A stretch of 64,000 nt of DNA from Bacteroidales bacterium (GCA_041725955.1 JBGRQE010000008.1:6627-70626); one strand, 5' to 3'. Shown: positions 1-10,900, counted from the first letter of the stretch. Translations and numbers: made by a program. Notes: generated from the letters alone by a model not told the origin.

Positions 1-1
1 A

Positions 2-955
2 ATAGTTCTTCTTCTTAACACAATTATTTCAATAAAACAGCTTTTCAAAGGCAAGCACGTTGTAAATTTTCTTATCGGCAAATCATCAGCAGATATTAAA
101 TCTGCAAGACACGATCAACTAGAAACCTTTGGAATAGGGAAAGAAAAAGAAGAAAAATTTTGGAATGCATGTATTCGCCAGGCCTTGGTAAAACATCTTC
201 TGGTAAAAGACATTGACAACTATGGCTTATTAAAGATTACGGATCAAGCAAGAAAATTTCTTGAAAAACCATACTCTATAATGATCGCCAAGGATCATGA
301 TTACGAAAGTGATGATGATGATAATATTATTACAGCTGGAGGAAGTGGAAAACCAGGTTCAGCGGATTCTACTTTATTTCATCTTCTAAAAGATCTTAGA
401 AAACAGATTTCAAAGAAAGAAGATTTGCCTCCTTTTGTTGTTTTTCAAGATCCATCTTTGGAAGACATGTCTATCCAATACCCTGTTAGTATGGAAGAAC
501 TTCAAAATATTACAGGAGTTGGTACTGGTAAGGCAATGAAATATGGCAAGCCTTTTGTTGAACTGATTAAGAACTATGTCGAAGAAAACGAAATCATTCG
601 CCCTATGGACATGGTAGTTAAATCGGTTGTAAACAAGTCTGGTCTTAAGGTTTATATTATTCAAAGTATAGATAGAAAACGTCCTTTAGAAGATGTAGCC
701 CATACTAAGAACTTAACTTTAAGCGAGCTTCTAACCGAAATGGAGAGAATTGTTGCTTCCGGAACAAAACTTAATATCGATTACTACATTAATGAAACTG
801 TTGATGAATATCACCAAGAAGATATTTACGAATACTTTCATGAAGCAGAAACCGATAGTATTCAGGAAGCCCTTGATGAATTAGGAGAAGACGAATATTC
901 AGAAGAAGAGATACGCCTAATTAGAATAAAATTCATGTCTGACTTGGCAAATTAA
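2..955 (+). CDS. recQ: ATP-dependent DNA helicase RecQ, C-terminal part (RQC, HRDC and C-terminal HTH); 5' end lies outside the window
   Basis: Frame is open from position 2 (IVLLLNTIISIKQLFKGKHVVNFLIGK...FGIGKEKEEKFWNACIRQAL, RQC-like) into ORF 185..955. HRDC motif LKDLRKQISKKEDLPPFVVFQDPSLEDM...ITGVGTGKAMKYG and Bacteroidota-type C-terminus IRLIRIKFMSDLAN. Confidence 0.93.
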   Translation: MVLLLNTIISIKQLFKGKHVVNFLIGKSSADIKSARHDQLETFGIGKEKEEKFWNACIRQALVKHLLVKDIDNYGLLKITDQARKFLEKPYSIMIAKDHDYESDDDDNIITAGGSGKPGSADSTLFHLLKDLRKQISKKEDLPPFVVFQDPSLEDMSIQYPVSMEELQNITGVGTGKAMKYGKPFVELIKNYVEENEIIRPMDMVVKSVVNKSGLKVYIIQSIDRKRPLEDVAHTKNLTLSELLTEMERIVASGTKLNIDYYINETVDEYHQEDIYEYFHEAETDSIQEALDELGEDEYSEEEIRLIRIKFMSDLAN

Positions 956-1001
956 AGATCTATTTCTCTAAAGTTCAATAATTAAACAAAAAATTAATTG
1001 A

Positions 1002-1397
1002 ATGAAAAAAAACATTCTGATAATAATCCTTTTGTTAACAACTATCCTATCTTGTAATTTTTCTAGTCAAAAACTTCCTGATGGAATTTTAAACCAGAAA
1101 AGATTTACAAAAATGTTAACAGACATGCAAATTGCACAAGCCTCTATTTCTTTTCAAAGAAATCAGGGGAATCAGGATTATAAAAAATACTCCGAACCTT
1201 ATTATCGGTCTGTTTTTGAAAAATACAACTTAGATGAAGAATCTTTTAAAAAGAATATGACTTTCTATGAAAAAGACCCAAAAAATCTTCTAAAAATATA
1301 TCAGAATGTACAACTGAATTTGGATAGTATTCAAGAATCATTGAAAGATACTACAATGACAATATTGAAACCTGAAAACATACAGTTAACAAAATAA
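1002..1397 (+). CDS. Lipoprotein, DUF4296-like
   Basis: Lipobox (TILSC); pattern of LTDMQIAQA followed by YYRSVFEKYNLDEESFKKNMTFYEKDPKNLLKIYQNV resembles DUF4296. Confidence 0.7.
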   Translation: MKKNILIIILLLTTILSCNFSSQKLPDGILNQKRFTKMLTDMQIAQASISFQRNQGNQDYKKYSEPYYRSVFEKYNLDEESFKKNMTFYEKDPKNLLKIYQNVQLNLDSIQESLKDTTMTILKPENIQLTK

Positions 1398-1411
1398 GAA
1401 GTCATAAATAG

Positions 1412-1446
1412 AATAAGCTGTTCAATAAAAAATTGAACAGCTTATT
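1412..1446. terminator. Bidirectional intrinsic terminator
   Basis: Perfect 15-bp stem AATAAGCTGTTCAAT / ATTGAACAGCTTATT between convergent genes. Confidence 0.8.
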
Positions 1447-1554
1447 TTATAATACCTTCCAGCACATAATGCCGTTTTATATTTATTCTGAGTTGAATAT
1501 TAAAAGAACTCAAAACACTATAGTGTTTTCTTAGCAAGAATTAATTTACATTAA

Positions 1555-1974
1555 TTAATTCTTTGAAAAAATAGCACTATATTTTTTAGACTCTTCAGAT
1601 ATTACAATATTAAAAGAAAAGTCTATATTTCCATCACTTTCAATTGTCCCAGATCCCGATTGCAACAACCATCCATCACCAAATGTTTGTTCAAGTAAAG
1701 TAGCTGTATTGCTCACTACTAAAGCTTTAACCTTATCATTTGAATTTGCAAAATTCTGCAATAAAATCTGACTTGAATTATTCGGATCTTTGGTAATAAT
1801 AACTTGATAATTTAATCTCGAAGCAGGAACTTCCAATACAGACCATTCTCCAACAAATCTATCTCTCGGATCATTTGGTCGCTCAGCATCTTCTGTTTCT
1901 GAACTACAAGAAAAAACCATTAATATCAACATTAAGAAAGCTAATTTTTTTGTAAAAAGATTTTGAATTTTCAT
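1555..1974 (-). CDS. Hypothetical lipoprotein
   Basis: Signal peptide ending VFSC; DPRDRFVGEWSV motif typical of small Bacteroidota lipoproteins. Confidence 0.75.
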   Translation of the reverse strand: MKIQNLFTKKLAFLMLILMVFSCSSETEDAERPNDPRDRFVGEWSVLEVPASRLNYQVIITKDPNNSSQILLQNFANSNDKVKALVVSNTATLLEQTFGDGWLLQSGSGTIESDGNIDFSFNIVISEESKKYSAIFSKN

Positions 1975-2022
1975 TTGGTATTTATTTACTCATTTCTATG
2001 GTAAAAATAACAATCTTTTTCT

Positions 2023-4986
2023 CTACTGAATACAAATTTCATCAGCAAAAATCCATGCAGGTTTACCGCGTCCAGAATGCCAACTAGGACATGAATCAAT
2101 AGGTTTTGCTGTTACACGTACATATCTTGCACGAATCTTTTTCTTAGATGAAGAAAAATCTTTGATAATACCTTCTTCTTTCAAAGACACATCAGATTTC
2201 AGGGAGGCATATTTGCGCCACTTTTTTCCATTATCTGAAACTTCATAAATAACCTCTTTAGGCATCCAAATCCAAGCACCTGTAGCTTGCAAGAAACCAG
2301 TTGAAATGGAATTGATATACTTTCTTTTACCCATATCTATCTCCACAACCATATCTGTATCCCAATAACCTTGCCAATCTCCTGTAGTAAAATTATTATT
2401 ACCTTTTATCCCATCAATCAAAGCCTCATTTCCTCCTGCTGTATATTGTTTTCCATAAGGATTAATAATATTAATCTCCCAATTTGCTGGCATGGCATAA
2501 AAAGTTGCTTGAGCACATTTTGACAACATTCCATTCTTCATAGCAATAGCTTTAATGGTTGTTGTTTTTTTGACAACAATTGGCTTTTTTACAGAAAACT
2601 TTTGTGATTTCTCATTTGGCGTTGTACCATCTAGAGTATAATAAACTATAGCCTCTAAATCATTATGAGTTAATTTCACATCCAATTTATTCTTGAATGA
2701 TCTAGAAACAGCATCAATATTAGGAATACTAATAATAGGATACTCGTCAATAGAAGTTACAGGATAATCTCCATCTTTAGATCCCCATTTTTTATTTGGC
2801 TCTGAACCCATTTCAAATTCTAAAACACCTCCTTTTGGAATTTCTAAAACAGAAATATAGGTTTTATTGTAAGGTTCTCCATTTAAGTATGCCTTTTGGA
2901 TATAACAATTCTCTCGACTTATATTTTTGCACCTTAATTCAAATTCATTGCCATTATCCAGAGTCAACACTACTTTATCAAACAAAGGAGAACCAATAGC
3001 TAAAACCGTATCTCCTGGAGTCACAGAATATAATCCCATAGAACTAAACACATACCATGCAGACATTTGCCCACAATCTTCATTTCCACTGTATCCATCT
3101 ACATTACAAGAATACATTTCATTACAAATCTGGTGTACCAATTTCTGTGTTTTCCATGGCTTTCCTATATAATCATACAAATATGCCATATGATGTGAAG
3201 GTTCATTTCCATGTGCATACTGTCCAATAAGACCACTAATATCAGGTTGATGACGACCACTCAAAACTGTTTTAGCTCCGAACATTGCATCCAATTTTTT
3301 TTCGAAACCATCTTTTCCTCCATATAGCTCTATTAACCCAGAAATATCTTGGGGAGCAAAAAAAGTATACTGCCATGAATTGGCCTCTGTGAGCATAAAA
3401 GTAACTTCATTAGGATCAAATGGTTTTACAAATCCTCCATTACGTTTTCCTCTCATAAAACCAGTCTTCTTATCGAAGATATTTTTATAGTTTTGAGCTC
3501 TTTCCATAAAATACTTATAGTCGGCATTCTTACCCAATTTCTTCGCAAATTGCGCAATACACCAATCGTCATAAGCATATTCTAAAGTTTTTGATACTGA
3601 AGCACCTGATTTATCACCAGGCACATAGCCAAATTCGTCTAGATATTCAATGCCAAGTTCTTTCTTTTTAGCAGAGTGCTTCATTGCCTCATAAGCCTTT
3701 TCTAAATCAAAGCCTCTAATTCCCTTTACATAAGCATCATATATAACAGGAACTGAATGATAACCAATCATACATCCTGTTTCATTTCCTGCCAATTCCC
3801 ATACTGGTAATTTATCACCCAATGAATAAATATTCAACATGGTATTTATCATATCCTGAGTTGCTTGAGGTTCAAGATAACTCATCAATGGATGTTGAGC
3901 TCTAAAAGTATCCCATAATGAAAATACAGTATATTGATTTCTATCCTTATCTTGATGAACATTACCATCATGTCCGTAAAAACGACCATCAAAATCATTG
4001 AATATATTTGGACTTAAATACATATGATATAAAGCAGTATAAAAAACTGTTTTCAGACTATCATTTTCACTTGACACCTGTATTTTTGATAACCTTTTGT
4101 TCCATTCGTTTTTAGCTTTAATACGAATTTCTTCAAAATTCCAATTCGGATTTTCTTGCTTTAAGTTTTTATAAGCCCCATCAATACTAACTGCCGAAAT
4201 ACCAACCTTAACTAAAATTCTTTCTTGATCATATGTATTGAAAGTAAAACTCGCTTTTAAATTTTTGCCTCTAGCTTCTTTTTCCTTTTTTAGTTTTTGT
4301 CCATCAGAATAAATTGAAGATGATTCAAAAGGTCTAGAAAAAACAGCATAAAAATAAACAGGATGATCTTTTGCCCATGCACCTGTTCGACGCATACCTG
4401 CAATCTCAGAATCATTTACAATAATCAACTCAGAGTCGTGAATATCTTCTGTACGAATAGCTTCTTTTAGATCTAATATTATTCGAGATTCTTTCGACTC
4501 AGGAAAAGTATAAGCATGAAGACCTGTTCGTAATGTAGTTGTCAATTCGGCCTTAACGTTATAATCAGTGAGCTTAACACTATAGTAACCAGGTTCAGCA
4601 ATTTCACTCTCTTTGTCAAATAAAGATCTATAACCCGTCTTCGTATTCTCTTTTTCGCCAGGATTGATTTGAACATTTCCTACTAATGGCATAAATCTAA
4701 TATCACCATAGTCTCCACAACCTGTACCACTTAAATGGGTGTGACTAAATCCAAGAATACTATTATCTGAACAATGATAACCCGAACAACCATCCCAATC
4801 ATCGATACGAGTATCTGGACTTAACTGTACCATACCAAACGGAAGACTCGCACCAGGAAAAGTATGACCATGCCCTCCTGTCCCTATCTTAGGATTAACA
4901 TAATCTGCTGGAGTCTTTCTCTCCTTAGAACAGGAAAGTGAGAGCACCAAGCAAGAAAAAAATAAAAACTTGTAAAACTTCTGCAT
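2023..4986 (-). CDS. GH92 alpha-mannosidase lipoprotein with C-terminal Fn3-associated and F5/8-type domains
   Basis: GH92 motifs YVNPKIGTGGHGHTFPGASLPFGMVQLSPDT, FSHTHLSGTG, SKTLEYAYDDW, QYAHGNEPSHH, GNEDCGQMSAWYVFSSMG; YYTLDGTTP; lipobox LSLSC. Start moved to ATG 4986. Confidence 0.95.
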   Translation of the reverse strand: MQKFYKFLFFSCLVLSLSCSKERKTPADYVNPKIGTGGHGHTFPGASLPFGMVQLSPDTRIDDWDGCSGYHCSDNSILGFSHTHLSGTGCGDYGDIRFMPLVGNVQINPGEKENTKTGYRSLFDKESEIAEPGYYSVKLTDYNVKAELTTTLRTGLHAYTFPESKESRIILDLKEAIRTEDIHDSELIIVNDSEIAGMRRTGAWAKDHPVYFYAVFSRPFESSSIYSDGQKLKKEKEARGKNLKASFTFNTYDQERILVKVGISAVSIDGAYKNLKQENPNWNFEEIRIKAKNEWNKRLSKIQVSSENDSLKTVFYTALYHMYLSPNIFNDFDGRFYGHDGNVHQDKDRNQYTVFSLWDTFRAQHPLMSYLEPQATQDMINTMLNIYSLGDKLPVWELAGNETGCMIGYHSVPVIYDAYVKGIRGFDLEKAYEAMKHSAKKKELGIEYLDEFGYVPGDKSGASVSKTLEYAYDDWCIAQFAKKLGKNADYKYFMERAQNYKNIFDKKTGFMRGKRNGGFVKPFDPNEVTFMLTEANSWQYTFFAPQDISGLIELYGGKDGFEKKLDAMFGAKTVLSGRHQPDISGLIGQYAHGNEPSHHMAYLYDYIGKPWKTQKLVHQICNEMYSCNVDGYSGNEDCGQMSAWYVFSSMGLYSVTPGDTVLAIGSPLFDKVVLTLDNGNEFELRCKNISRENCYIQKAYLNGEPYNKTYISVLEIPKGGVLEFEMGSEPNKKWGSKDGDYPVTSIDEYPIISIPNIDAVSRSFKNKLDVKLTHNDLEAIVYYTLDGTTPNEKSQKFSVKKPIVVKKTTTIKAIAMKNGMLSKCAQATFYAMPANWEINIINPYGKQYTAGGNEALIDGIKGNNNFTTGDWQGYWDTDMVVEIDMGKRKYINSISTGFLQATGAWIWMPKEVIYEVSDNGKKWRKYASLKSDVSLKEEGIIKDFSSSKKKIRARYVRVTAKPIDSCPSWHSGRGKPAWIFADEICIQ

Positions 4987-5070
4987 ATTTACTTTTTTTC
5001 GCAATTAAAACTGATAAACTAAATGGAAAGAAACTTTCAATATATAACAAACCCTTTGATTAAAAACTGC

Positions 5071-5105
5071 TGCAAAAGCACTACTAAACAAGTAATGCTT
5101 TTGCA
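5071..5105. terminator. Intercistronic stem-loop
   Basis: TGCAAAAGCA ... TGCTTTTGCA inverted repeat between the MFS and GH92 genes. Confidence 0.5.
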
Positions 5106-5149
5106 ACAGCCTTGAGCAATAATCAAAATATTATATTGTGAAATTAGTA

Positions 5150-6556
5150 TTAATTATCATTTAAATGTAAATCTTCTTCTGTTTTAGGTTTGTATCCATA
5201 TAATCCAAAGAAACTTATATACAAATAAGATACAATTGGAACGAAAACAAAAAATGTAATCCCTAAATTATCGGAAATCACCCCAGATAGTAATGGTAAT
5301 ATTGCTCCTCCAACAATCATCATCACAAGCAATGATGACCCTTGCGCAGTATGTTTTCCTAATTTGGCAATGGCTAAAGTGAAAATATTTGACCACATTA
5401 TTGAATTAAATAATCCAATACCAATTAAACACCACATAGCCACTGTTCCTCCAACTATCAATCCAATAACCAATAGTAAAACATTCACTATAGCAAAAAT
5501 ATAAAGGGTTCTATTTGCAATTGATTTGCCAAAGAAAAATGCAATTAGATTAACAACTAATAAAATCAAGAAAGGGATCGCTTCATAAAAACCATAGGAA
5601 GAACCAACGATAACAAAACCTATTACAGGAAATAAAACCATCAGACCATATTTCAATATCTTATTTTTCATCGAACTTAAAGATACTGCACCAATAAATC
5701 GTCCAATCATTTGACCACCCCAAAACATAGCTAAGTAATGAGGTCCATTTTCTTGTGTAATTCCTGCAATAGATGGTTGTTCTAGATAATTAATCATCAA
5801 ACTACCAATACTTACCTCTGCTCCTACATAGAAAAATATACCTAACATCCCAAACCTTAATTGAGGAAAATCAAATGCACGACCTTTTTGATCAACACTA
5901 TTTGAAGATGACATTTTGGGCATATGCGCAAAAAATAGCATTACAGCCAGAAGTAAAAAAACTAATGCAAAAACAACATATGAAATTTTCAAAGGTCCAA
6001 TATCTATATGCTTTTCACTATTATTTAATGCATCATAAAATGCCCATCCGCCAATTATAGGACCTAAAGTCGTACCTAAAGAGTTGAACCCTTGAGCAAG
6101 GTTCAATCTTGATGAAGAAGATTTTTCTGGACCAAGAACTGCTACATAAGGATTACCCGAAATTTGTAATAAAGAGAATCCCAAACCAATAACGAAAATA
6201 GCAATTAAAAAAGCTGAATATGAAATTAATTGTGCTGCAGGAAAGAATAGAGCTGCTCCTATAGCAGAAACTACCAAACCTGTAATTAATCCATTCTTAT
6301 ATCCAATTTTCAATATCGGATCTCCATAAAATCTTGAAATAAAAAAATAGATTAAAGAGCCAACAAAATAAGCTCCAAAGAAAACCAATTGAACTAAAGT
6401 AGCTAGTGAGTAATTCAGTCCAAATATTGTTTTAAAATGAGGAATCAACAGATCATTCAGAACCGTAATAAATCCCCACATAAAAAAAACAACTATCAAC
6501 CAGACAAAAGCTATTGTATAATTATTTTTCCCTGTAGATACTGATACATTTGACAT
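5150..6556 (-). CDS. Sugar MFS transporter, FucP/GluP family
   Basis: FFMWGFITVLNDLLIPHFK, NPYVAVLG...SSRLNLAQGFNSLGTTLGP, FFYVGAEVSIGS, FNSIMWSNIFTLA; multi-TM. Confidence 0.92.
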   Translation of the reverse strand: MSNVSVSTGKNNYTIAFVWLIVVFFMWGFITVLNDLLIPHFKTIFGLNYSLATLVQLVFFGAYFVGSLIYFFISRFYGDPILKIGYKNGLITGLVVSAIGAALFFPAAQLISYSAFLIAIFVIGLGFSLLQISGNPYVAVLGPEKSSSSRLNLAQGFNSLGTTLGPIIGGWAFYDALNNSEKHIDIGPLKISYVVFALVFLLLAVMLFFAHMPKMSSSNSVDQKGRAFDFPQLRFGMLGIFFYVGAEVSIGSLMINYLEQPSIAGITQENGPHYLAMFWGGQMIGRFIGAVSLSSMKNKILKYGLMVLFPVIGFVIVGSSYGFYEAIPFLILLVVNLIAFFFGKSIANRTLYIFAIVNVLLLVIGLIVGGTVAMWCLIGIGLFNSIMWSNIFTLAIAKLGKHTAQGSSLLVMMIVGGAILPLLSGVISDNLGITFFVFVPIVSYLYISFFGLYGYKPKTEEDLHLNDN

Positions 6557-6587
6557 TTTGATTTATTTTATTATTGATTATTCAACA

Positions 6588-7454
6588 CTAAAGTTTTATC
6601 TCTACGAATACAGGTAAATGATCACTGGGATAGACTCCGTAAAAATTATCTGAAAGAACAGCGTATTTTAACACTTCTATGCCTATATTTACTAGTATAT
6701 GATCTATAACATTACCTTTTTCTGGAGTAAAATTTTTACCAATAAAAGTATAATCGGGTCCCCAAGCAATTTCTTGACTAGCCTGTCTACTATCTTTTAA
6801 TAATGCATCTTTATTCTGAATTAATTCTTTCATCTCTGCACTATTTAAAACCGCATTAAAATCACCTAGTATTAGTAGTTTTTTATTTCCAGCAATCTTC
6901 TGAATCTTTTTCAAAAGCAATTTTGCACTATTGATTCTAGCCTCCTCACTTACATTATCCCAATGTGTATTAAATACAAAAAACTCTTCTTTACTCTTTA
7001 AATCTTCTAGCTCAACATAAGTAACTATTCGTGGAAGAGAGGTATTCCACGATTTAGATCCAGGTTTATCTGGTGTAGATGACAACCAAAAAGTTCCTTT
7101 TCCTTGAAGACGAAATCGATCCATTCTAAAAAAAATTGCCGCAAATTCACCTTTACTTCCACCATCATCACGACCCACACCAAAAGACTCATAATCGAAA
7201 AGCATTTCACGTAAATCATCCATTTGATTACTTAAAGCCTCTTGTACACCTATGATATCAGGTTTATAATATCTAATTTGATCAACTAGAATAGGACTTC
7301 TATTTTTCCAAGCCCAGTTTCCTGTAGAACTATTATCATACCCAATATTATAAGTCATAACTTTCATTAACTCCTGTCCAAATGTAATTTCAGAAACAAG
7401 AAATAAGAGAAAAACCCATAGTAATTTCAAACATTTATTATATCCTCTCATCAT
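6588..7454 (-). CDS. Secreted endonuclease/exonuclease/phosphatase (EEP) family protein
   Basis: VMTYNI, DIIGVQE, FNTHWD, LGDFN, IDHI and SDHLPV motifs; signal peptide; start overlaps the GH2 stop (translational coupling). Confidence 0.92.
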   Translation of the reverse strand: MMRGYNKCLKLLWVFLLFLVSEITFGQELMKVMTYNIGYDNSSTGNWAWKNRSPILVDQIRYYKPDIIGVQEALSNQMDDLREMLFDYESFGVGRDDGGSKGEFAAIFFRMDRFRLQGKGTFWLSSTPDKPGSKSWNTSLPRIVTYVELEDLKSKEEFFVFNTHWDNVSEEARINSAKLLLKKIQKIAGNKKLLILGDFNAVLNSAEMKELIQNKDALLKDSRQASQEIAWGPDYTFIGKNFTPEKGNVIDHILVNIGIEVLKYAVLSDNFYGVYPSDHLPVFVEIKL

Positions 7455-9997
7455 ATTGTTTTTTTTATTTCAGGAAGTGATTTGACAATTATTTCTTTTT
7501 CTAGAGATATTGGAATAGAATCCATTTTTATAAATATTCTTTTCGGGTGATTGGGTTCCAATGAAAAATAATTTTCAGAAAAATGAGCTTCTAAGGATTT
7601 AGTCGACAGAACTATAAATGGGGTATAATTAGCATTTTCAAGAACAAGGTCAACACCATTGTCTTTTACTGTAAAGCTAAGCTTTATTTTAGGAAAAGGC
7701 GATGAAAATTCTAATTTATTGGGTTTTAGAAGTATATTTTTTTCTTCTGTCAAAAGCTTATTTTCTTTAAACAATTCACATTTTATATACATTTGAGCTA
7801 AGTTCCCAAAAGAAGTAAGTTCACTTTTTTGTATCTGCCAAATTGCTTTTGAGAAATTAGGTTTAGCAATACAATTTCCGCCCCATTCTTTCACCAATTT
7901 CCCATCAAAAGAACAAAGTGCTACCCTATAATCTAAAGTATCGCCTTTTAGTTTATCATTGATTAAATAGTATGAATATTTATCATTAAATTTTTCTAAA
8001 GAAAGAAATATAGGCGAAAAAATTTCTTTCACTCTATATTGCAAGGGTTTCCACCGCCCATAATAATCAATGGAAGACCATGAAATTACAGGCCAACAAT
8101 CATTCAATTGCCAGTATAAACTTCCCATACAATAAGGCATTTTTCTTCTATGAGACTCTAAAGCCTGAGAAATTCCATATGCCTGAAGAATTTGACTCAT
8201 ATAAATATAATCATCGAAATTTGCGGGAACCCAAAAATCTCTCTCCATATACTTATGGATTAATTCGCAACCTCTAGGATGTTTTTGATGACTTTTTAAA
8301 GATTTAGAGCCTACAAATCTATCATTTGATGGAACTACACTTTCTATAGTTTTGCAATCAGGGTAAGCTTGAAAACCATATTCAGTCATAAATCGCCCAA
8401 CTTTTTTCTGATATACCTCAAATGGTTCTTCTCCCCACCAAACACCCCAATAATGAGCATCTCCCCTTTTTCTACTTTCTTCATGTCCCCATCCAATAGA
8501 TGGAGAGCTAGGCCAATATGGACGTCCTGTACCATCAAAGAAATTTAAATTAACAGGAATAATCTGATTAAATATCCGCTTATAATTATCCCATGCTAAA
8601 GTAGAATCTACTGAAGAATAAGGTATACTCTTTTGCCATCCCCAATTATGCCAACCTTCGTCTATCTCATTATTACCACACCATAGGACAATAGAAGCAT
8701 ATTTATTCAATTTTATGATTTGTTCTCGGATTTCCTTATTTACTTCTTCCAAAAACTTATTATCATTAGGGTACATATTACAGGCAAACATAAAATCTTG
8801 CCATATCATAATACCTAAGCTATCACACAACCCATAGAAGTTATCATTTTCATAAATACCTCCCCCCCAAACACGCAACATATTCATATTGCTTTTGGCT
8901 ACATCAGTCAATATTCTGCGATGATCTGATTTTTTCACACGCGAAGGAAATTGATCCATAGGAACGTAATTTGCTCCTTTAGCAAAGAAAGGTTTATTAT
9001 TTACGGCCAAAGTAAAACTTTTCCCAACAGAATCTTCATTTTGAATTAGATCAACTCTTCTAACCCCAAGCCTTTGCTTGGAATTATATATCTCAGTACC
9101 CTCCACTTTACATATAATATCAAAATCATATAAATAAGATTCTCCCATATCATGAGGCCACCATAATTTGGGTTTATTCAATGTTAAATACACCACCTCG
9201 TATTTACTTCCCTTACCTATAAATATTTTTTTCTGAAACCATATACTATCCTTAACTTTAATCTGTAGATCAAGAGGTAACGTATCACTAGAAAATAGTT
9301 TTGTTGAAAAAATTATTTTCGCTGTACTACAATCCTCAGATACACAAACCTTACTGTAGACATTCTTTATATAACATTTGTCGTATGCTATTAATTTAAT
9401 TGGCTTATTAATACCTACTCCAGGCAGATTTGGTGCCCAGTCCCAGCCAAACTGGTAGGGTGCTTTTCTTGAATGTCCTCTTTTATCGGGTAGTTTATAA
9501 TCAGCCTTTGCAACTTTAGAGTCATTTATAAAATTTGCGGGAGTAAATATTACTTTAAGAATATTTTTCTCTTGTAATAAATTTTTACATGGACAATGAT
9601 ACTCTCTATACATATTTTGAGAAGACAATATCAAAGAGTCATTTAAATAAACTTCTGCATAAGTATCAAGTCCATCAAAATCAATATCAATATTAGATTT
9701 ATTCAAAAAAACTTTGTCAAGTTCAAATTCAGTTTTATAAACCCATTTCTTTTGAGTAACCCACTGAACAGAATCTTCATTTGATCCATAAAAAGGATCT
9801 CCAATAATCTTATTTTTTACCAGATCTAAAAAGACATTTCCAGGTACTTCTGCAGGAAAAAATTCCTTTTTAGACAATTCAGAAAAGCACCAATTCCCAG
9901 CACTTAAATCAAGAACTTCAACTCTCTGTTTATTACTGGTCTTACATGCGCTTATAAAAAAAACTGAGAATACTAAAAGAATAATTTTATTAATCAT
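7451..9997 (-). CDS. GH2 beta-mannosidase lipoprotein
   Basis: DFDGLDTYA, RKAPYQFGWDWAP, KGANYVP, NMNMLRVWGGGIYE, WQDFMFAC, LWCGNNE, GDAHYWGVW, RFMTEYGFQ, YWQLNDCWPVISWSSIDY; lipobox ISAC. Confidence 0.95.
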   Translation of the reverse strand: MINKIILLVFSVFFISACKTSNKQRVEVLDLSAGNWCFSELSKKEFFPAEVPGNVFLDLVKNKIIGDPFYGSNEDSVQWVTQKKWVYKTEFELDKVFLNKSNIDIDFDGLDTYAEVYLNDSLILSSQNMYREYHCPCKNLLQEKNILKVIFTPANFINDSKVAKADYKLPDKRGHSRKAPYQFGWDWAPNLPGVGINKPIKLIAYDKCYIKNVYSKVCVSEDCSTAKIIFSTKLFSSDTLPLDLQIKVKDSIWFQKKIFIGKGSKYEVVYLTLNKPKLWWPHDMGESYLYDFDIICKVEGTEIYNSKQRLGVRRVDLIQNEDSVGKSFTLAVNNKPFFAKGANYVPMDQFPSRVKKSDHRRILTDVAKSNMNMLRVWGGGIYENDNFYGLCDSLGIMIWQDFMFACNMYPNDNKFLEEVNKEIREQIIKLNKYASIVLWCGNNEIDEGWHNWGWQKSIPYSSVDSTLAWDNYKRIFNQIIPVNLNFFDGTGRPYWPSSPSIGWGHEESRKRGDAHYWGVWWGEEPFEVYQKKVGRFMTEYGFQAYPDCKTIESVVPSNDRFVGSKSLKSHQKHPRGCELIHKYMERDFWVPANFDDYIYMSQILQAYGISQALESHRRKMPYCMGSLYWQLNDCWPVISWSSIDYYGRWKPLQYRVKEIFSPIFLSLEKFNDKYSYYLINDKLKGDTLDYRVALCSFDGKLVKEWGGNCIAKPNFSKAIWQIQKSELTSFGNLAQMYIKCELFKENKLLTEEKNILLKPNKLEFSSPFPKIKLSFTVKDNGVDLVLENANYTPFIVLSTKSLEAHFSENYFSLEPNHPKRIFIKMDSIPISLEKEIIVKSLPEIKKTI

Positions 9998-10018
9998 AGT
10001 ATAGAATCATGGAATAAA

Positions 10019-10783
10019 TCACCTCTCTATTTTATCGAGGATATTTTTCATCTTTTCAACATTTTCCTTCTTAGTCTCCAAAATAGAAAACTCTAACTCA
10101 GGATCATTACCTCCCATAGCAATATTCTTATTTTGAAACATCATATTACTCTTTCGATATCCTTTTCCTGAAAAATGAATCTCACTTATCCTTGCTTTCT
10201 TTATAACCTCTTCAACATTAGTTTGGTTAACGCCACCGCCCACCATAACTTTTATGTCATCACCCACTATCTCTCGCATTCTAGACAAATTTTCTACTCG
10301 TGTCTTTAAATCCATAGACAAGCCACAGGTCAAAACTCTATCTACCGTTTTATACAATTTCAATTCATTCAGAAGAGAATATGGATCCTTCGACATATCT
10401 ATAGCACGATGAAATGTAATACTCATATCTTCTCCAGCAGCACTTACTACTCTATGAAAATTATCTTTATCCAGATTCCCAGATTCATCTAACATCCCAA
10501 CAACAATACCATCAATCTGCAATTCACGACAACATTGAATATCAAGAAGAATTTGCCTCATTTCAACAGGATCGTACAAAAAATCACCACCTCGAGGGCG
10601 TATTAAAACGTGAATTGGAATATTCACCAAATCTCTTATTATTCTAATTGATGATAATGAAGGAGTAGTTCCTCCTTCAAGTAAATTATCACATAATTCT
10701 ATTCTATTTGCCCCACCCCTATATGCAGCTACTGCAGAATTTAATGAATTACAACAAACTTCTAATGTTAAACTTTCTTTCAC
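10019..10783 (-). CDS. cutC: CutC family protein
   Basis: LEVCC, GGANRIELCDNLLEGGTTPS, VLIRPRGGDFLY, TFHRAID, VMVGGGV; GTG start. Confidence 0.93.
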   Translation of the reverse strand: MKESLTLEVCCNSLNSAVAAYRGGANRIELCDNLLEGGTTPSLSSIRIIRDLVNIPIHVLIRPRGGDFLYDPVEMRQILLDIQCCRELQIDGIVVGMLDESGNLDKDNFHRVVSAAGEDMSITFHRAIDMSKDPYSLLNELKLYKTVDRVLTCGLSMDLKTRVENLSRMREIVGDDIKVMVGGGVNQTNVEEVIKKARISEIHFSGKGYRKSNMMFQNKNIAMGGNDPELEFSILETKKENVEKMKNILDKIER

Positions 10784-10892
10784 TTTAATTAATTTGATTT
10801 TTGATTTTCACATTCCCAAAGATAAAAAATAAGAATAAGAAATAAATCTACACATGTTTTATTGACATGATTAAGTATTTAGGATTAATATT

Positions 10893-10900
10893 TAATTTTG
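10893..10900 (+). promoter_or_regulatory. Bacteroidota -7 promoter element for the SDR gene
   Basis: TAATTTTG matches TAnnTTTG, about 25 bp upstream of the ATG at 10925. Confidence 0.5.
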
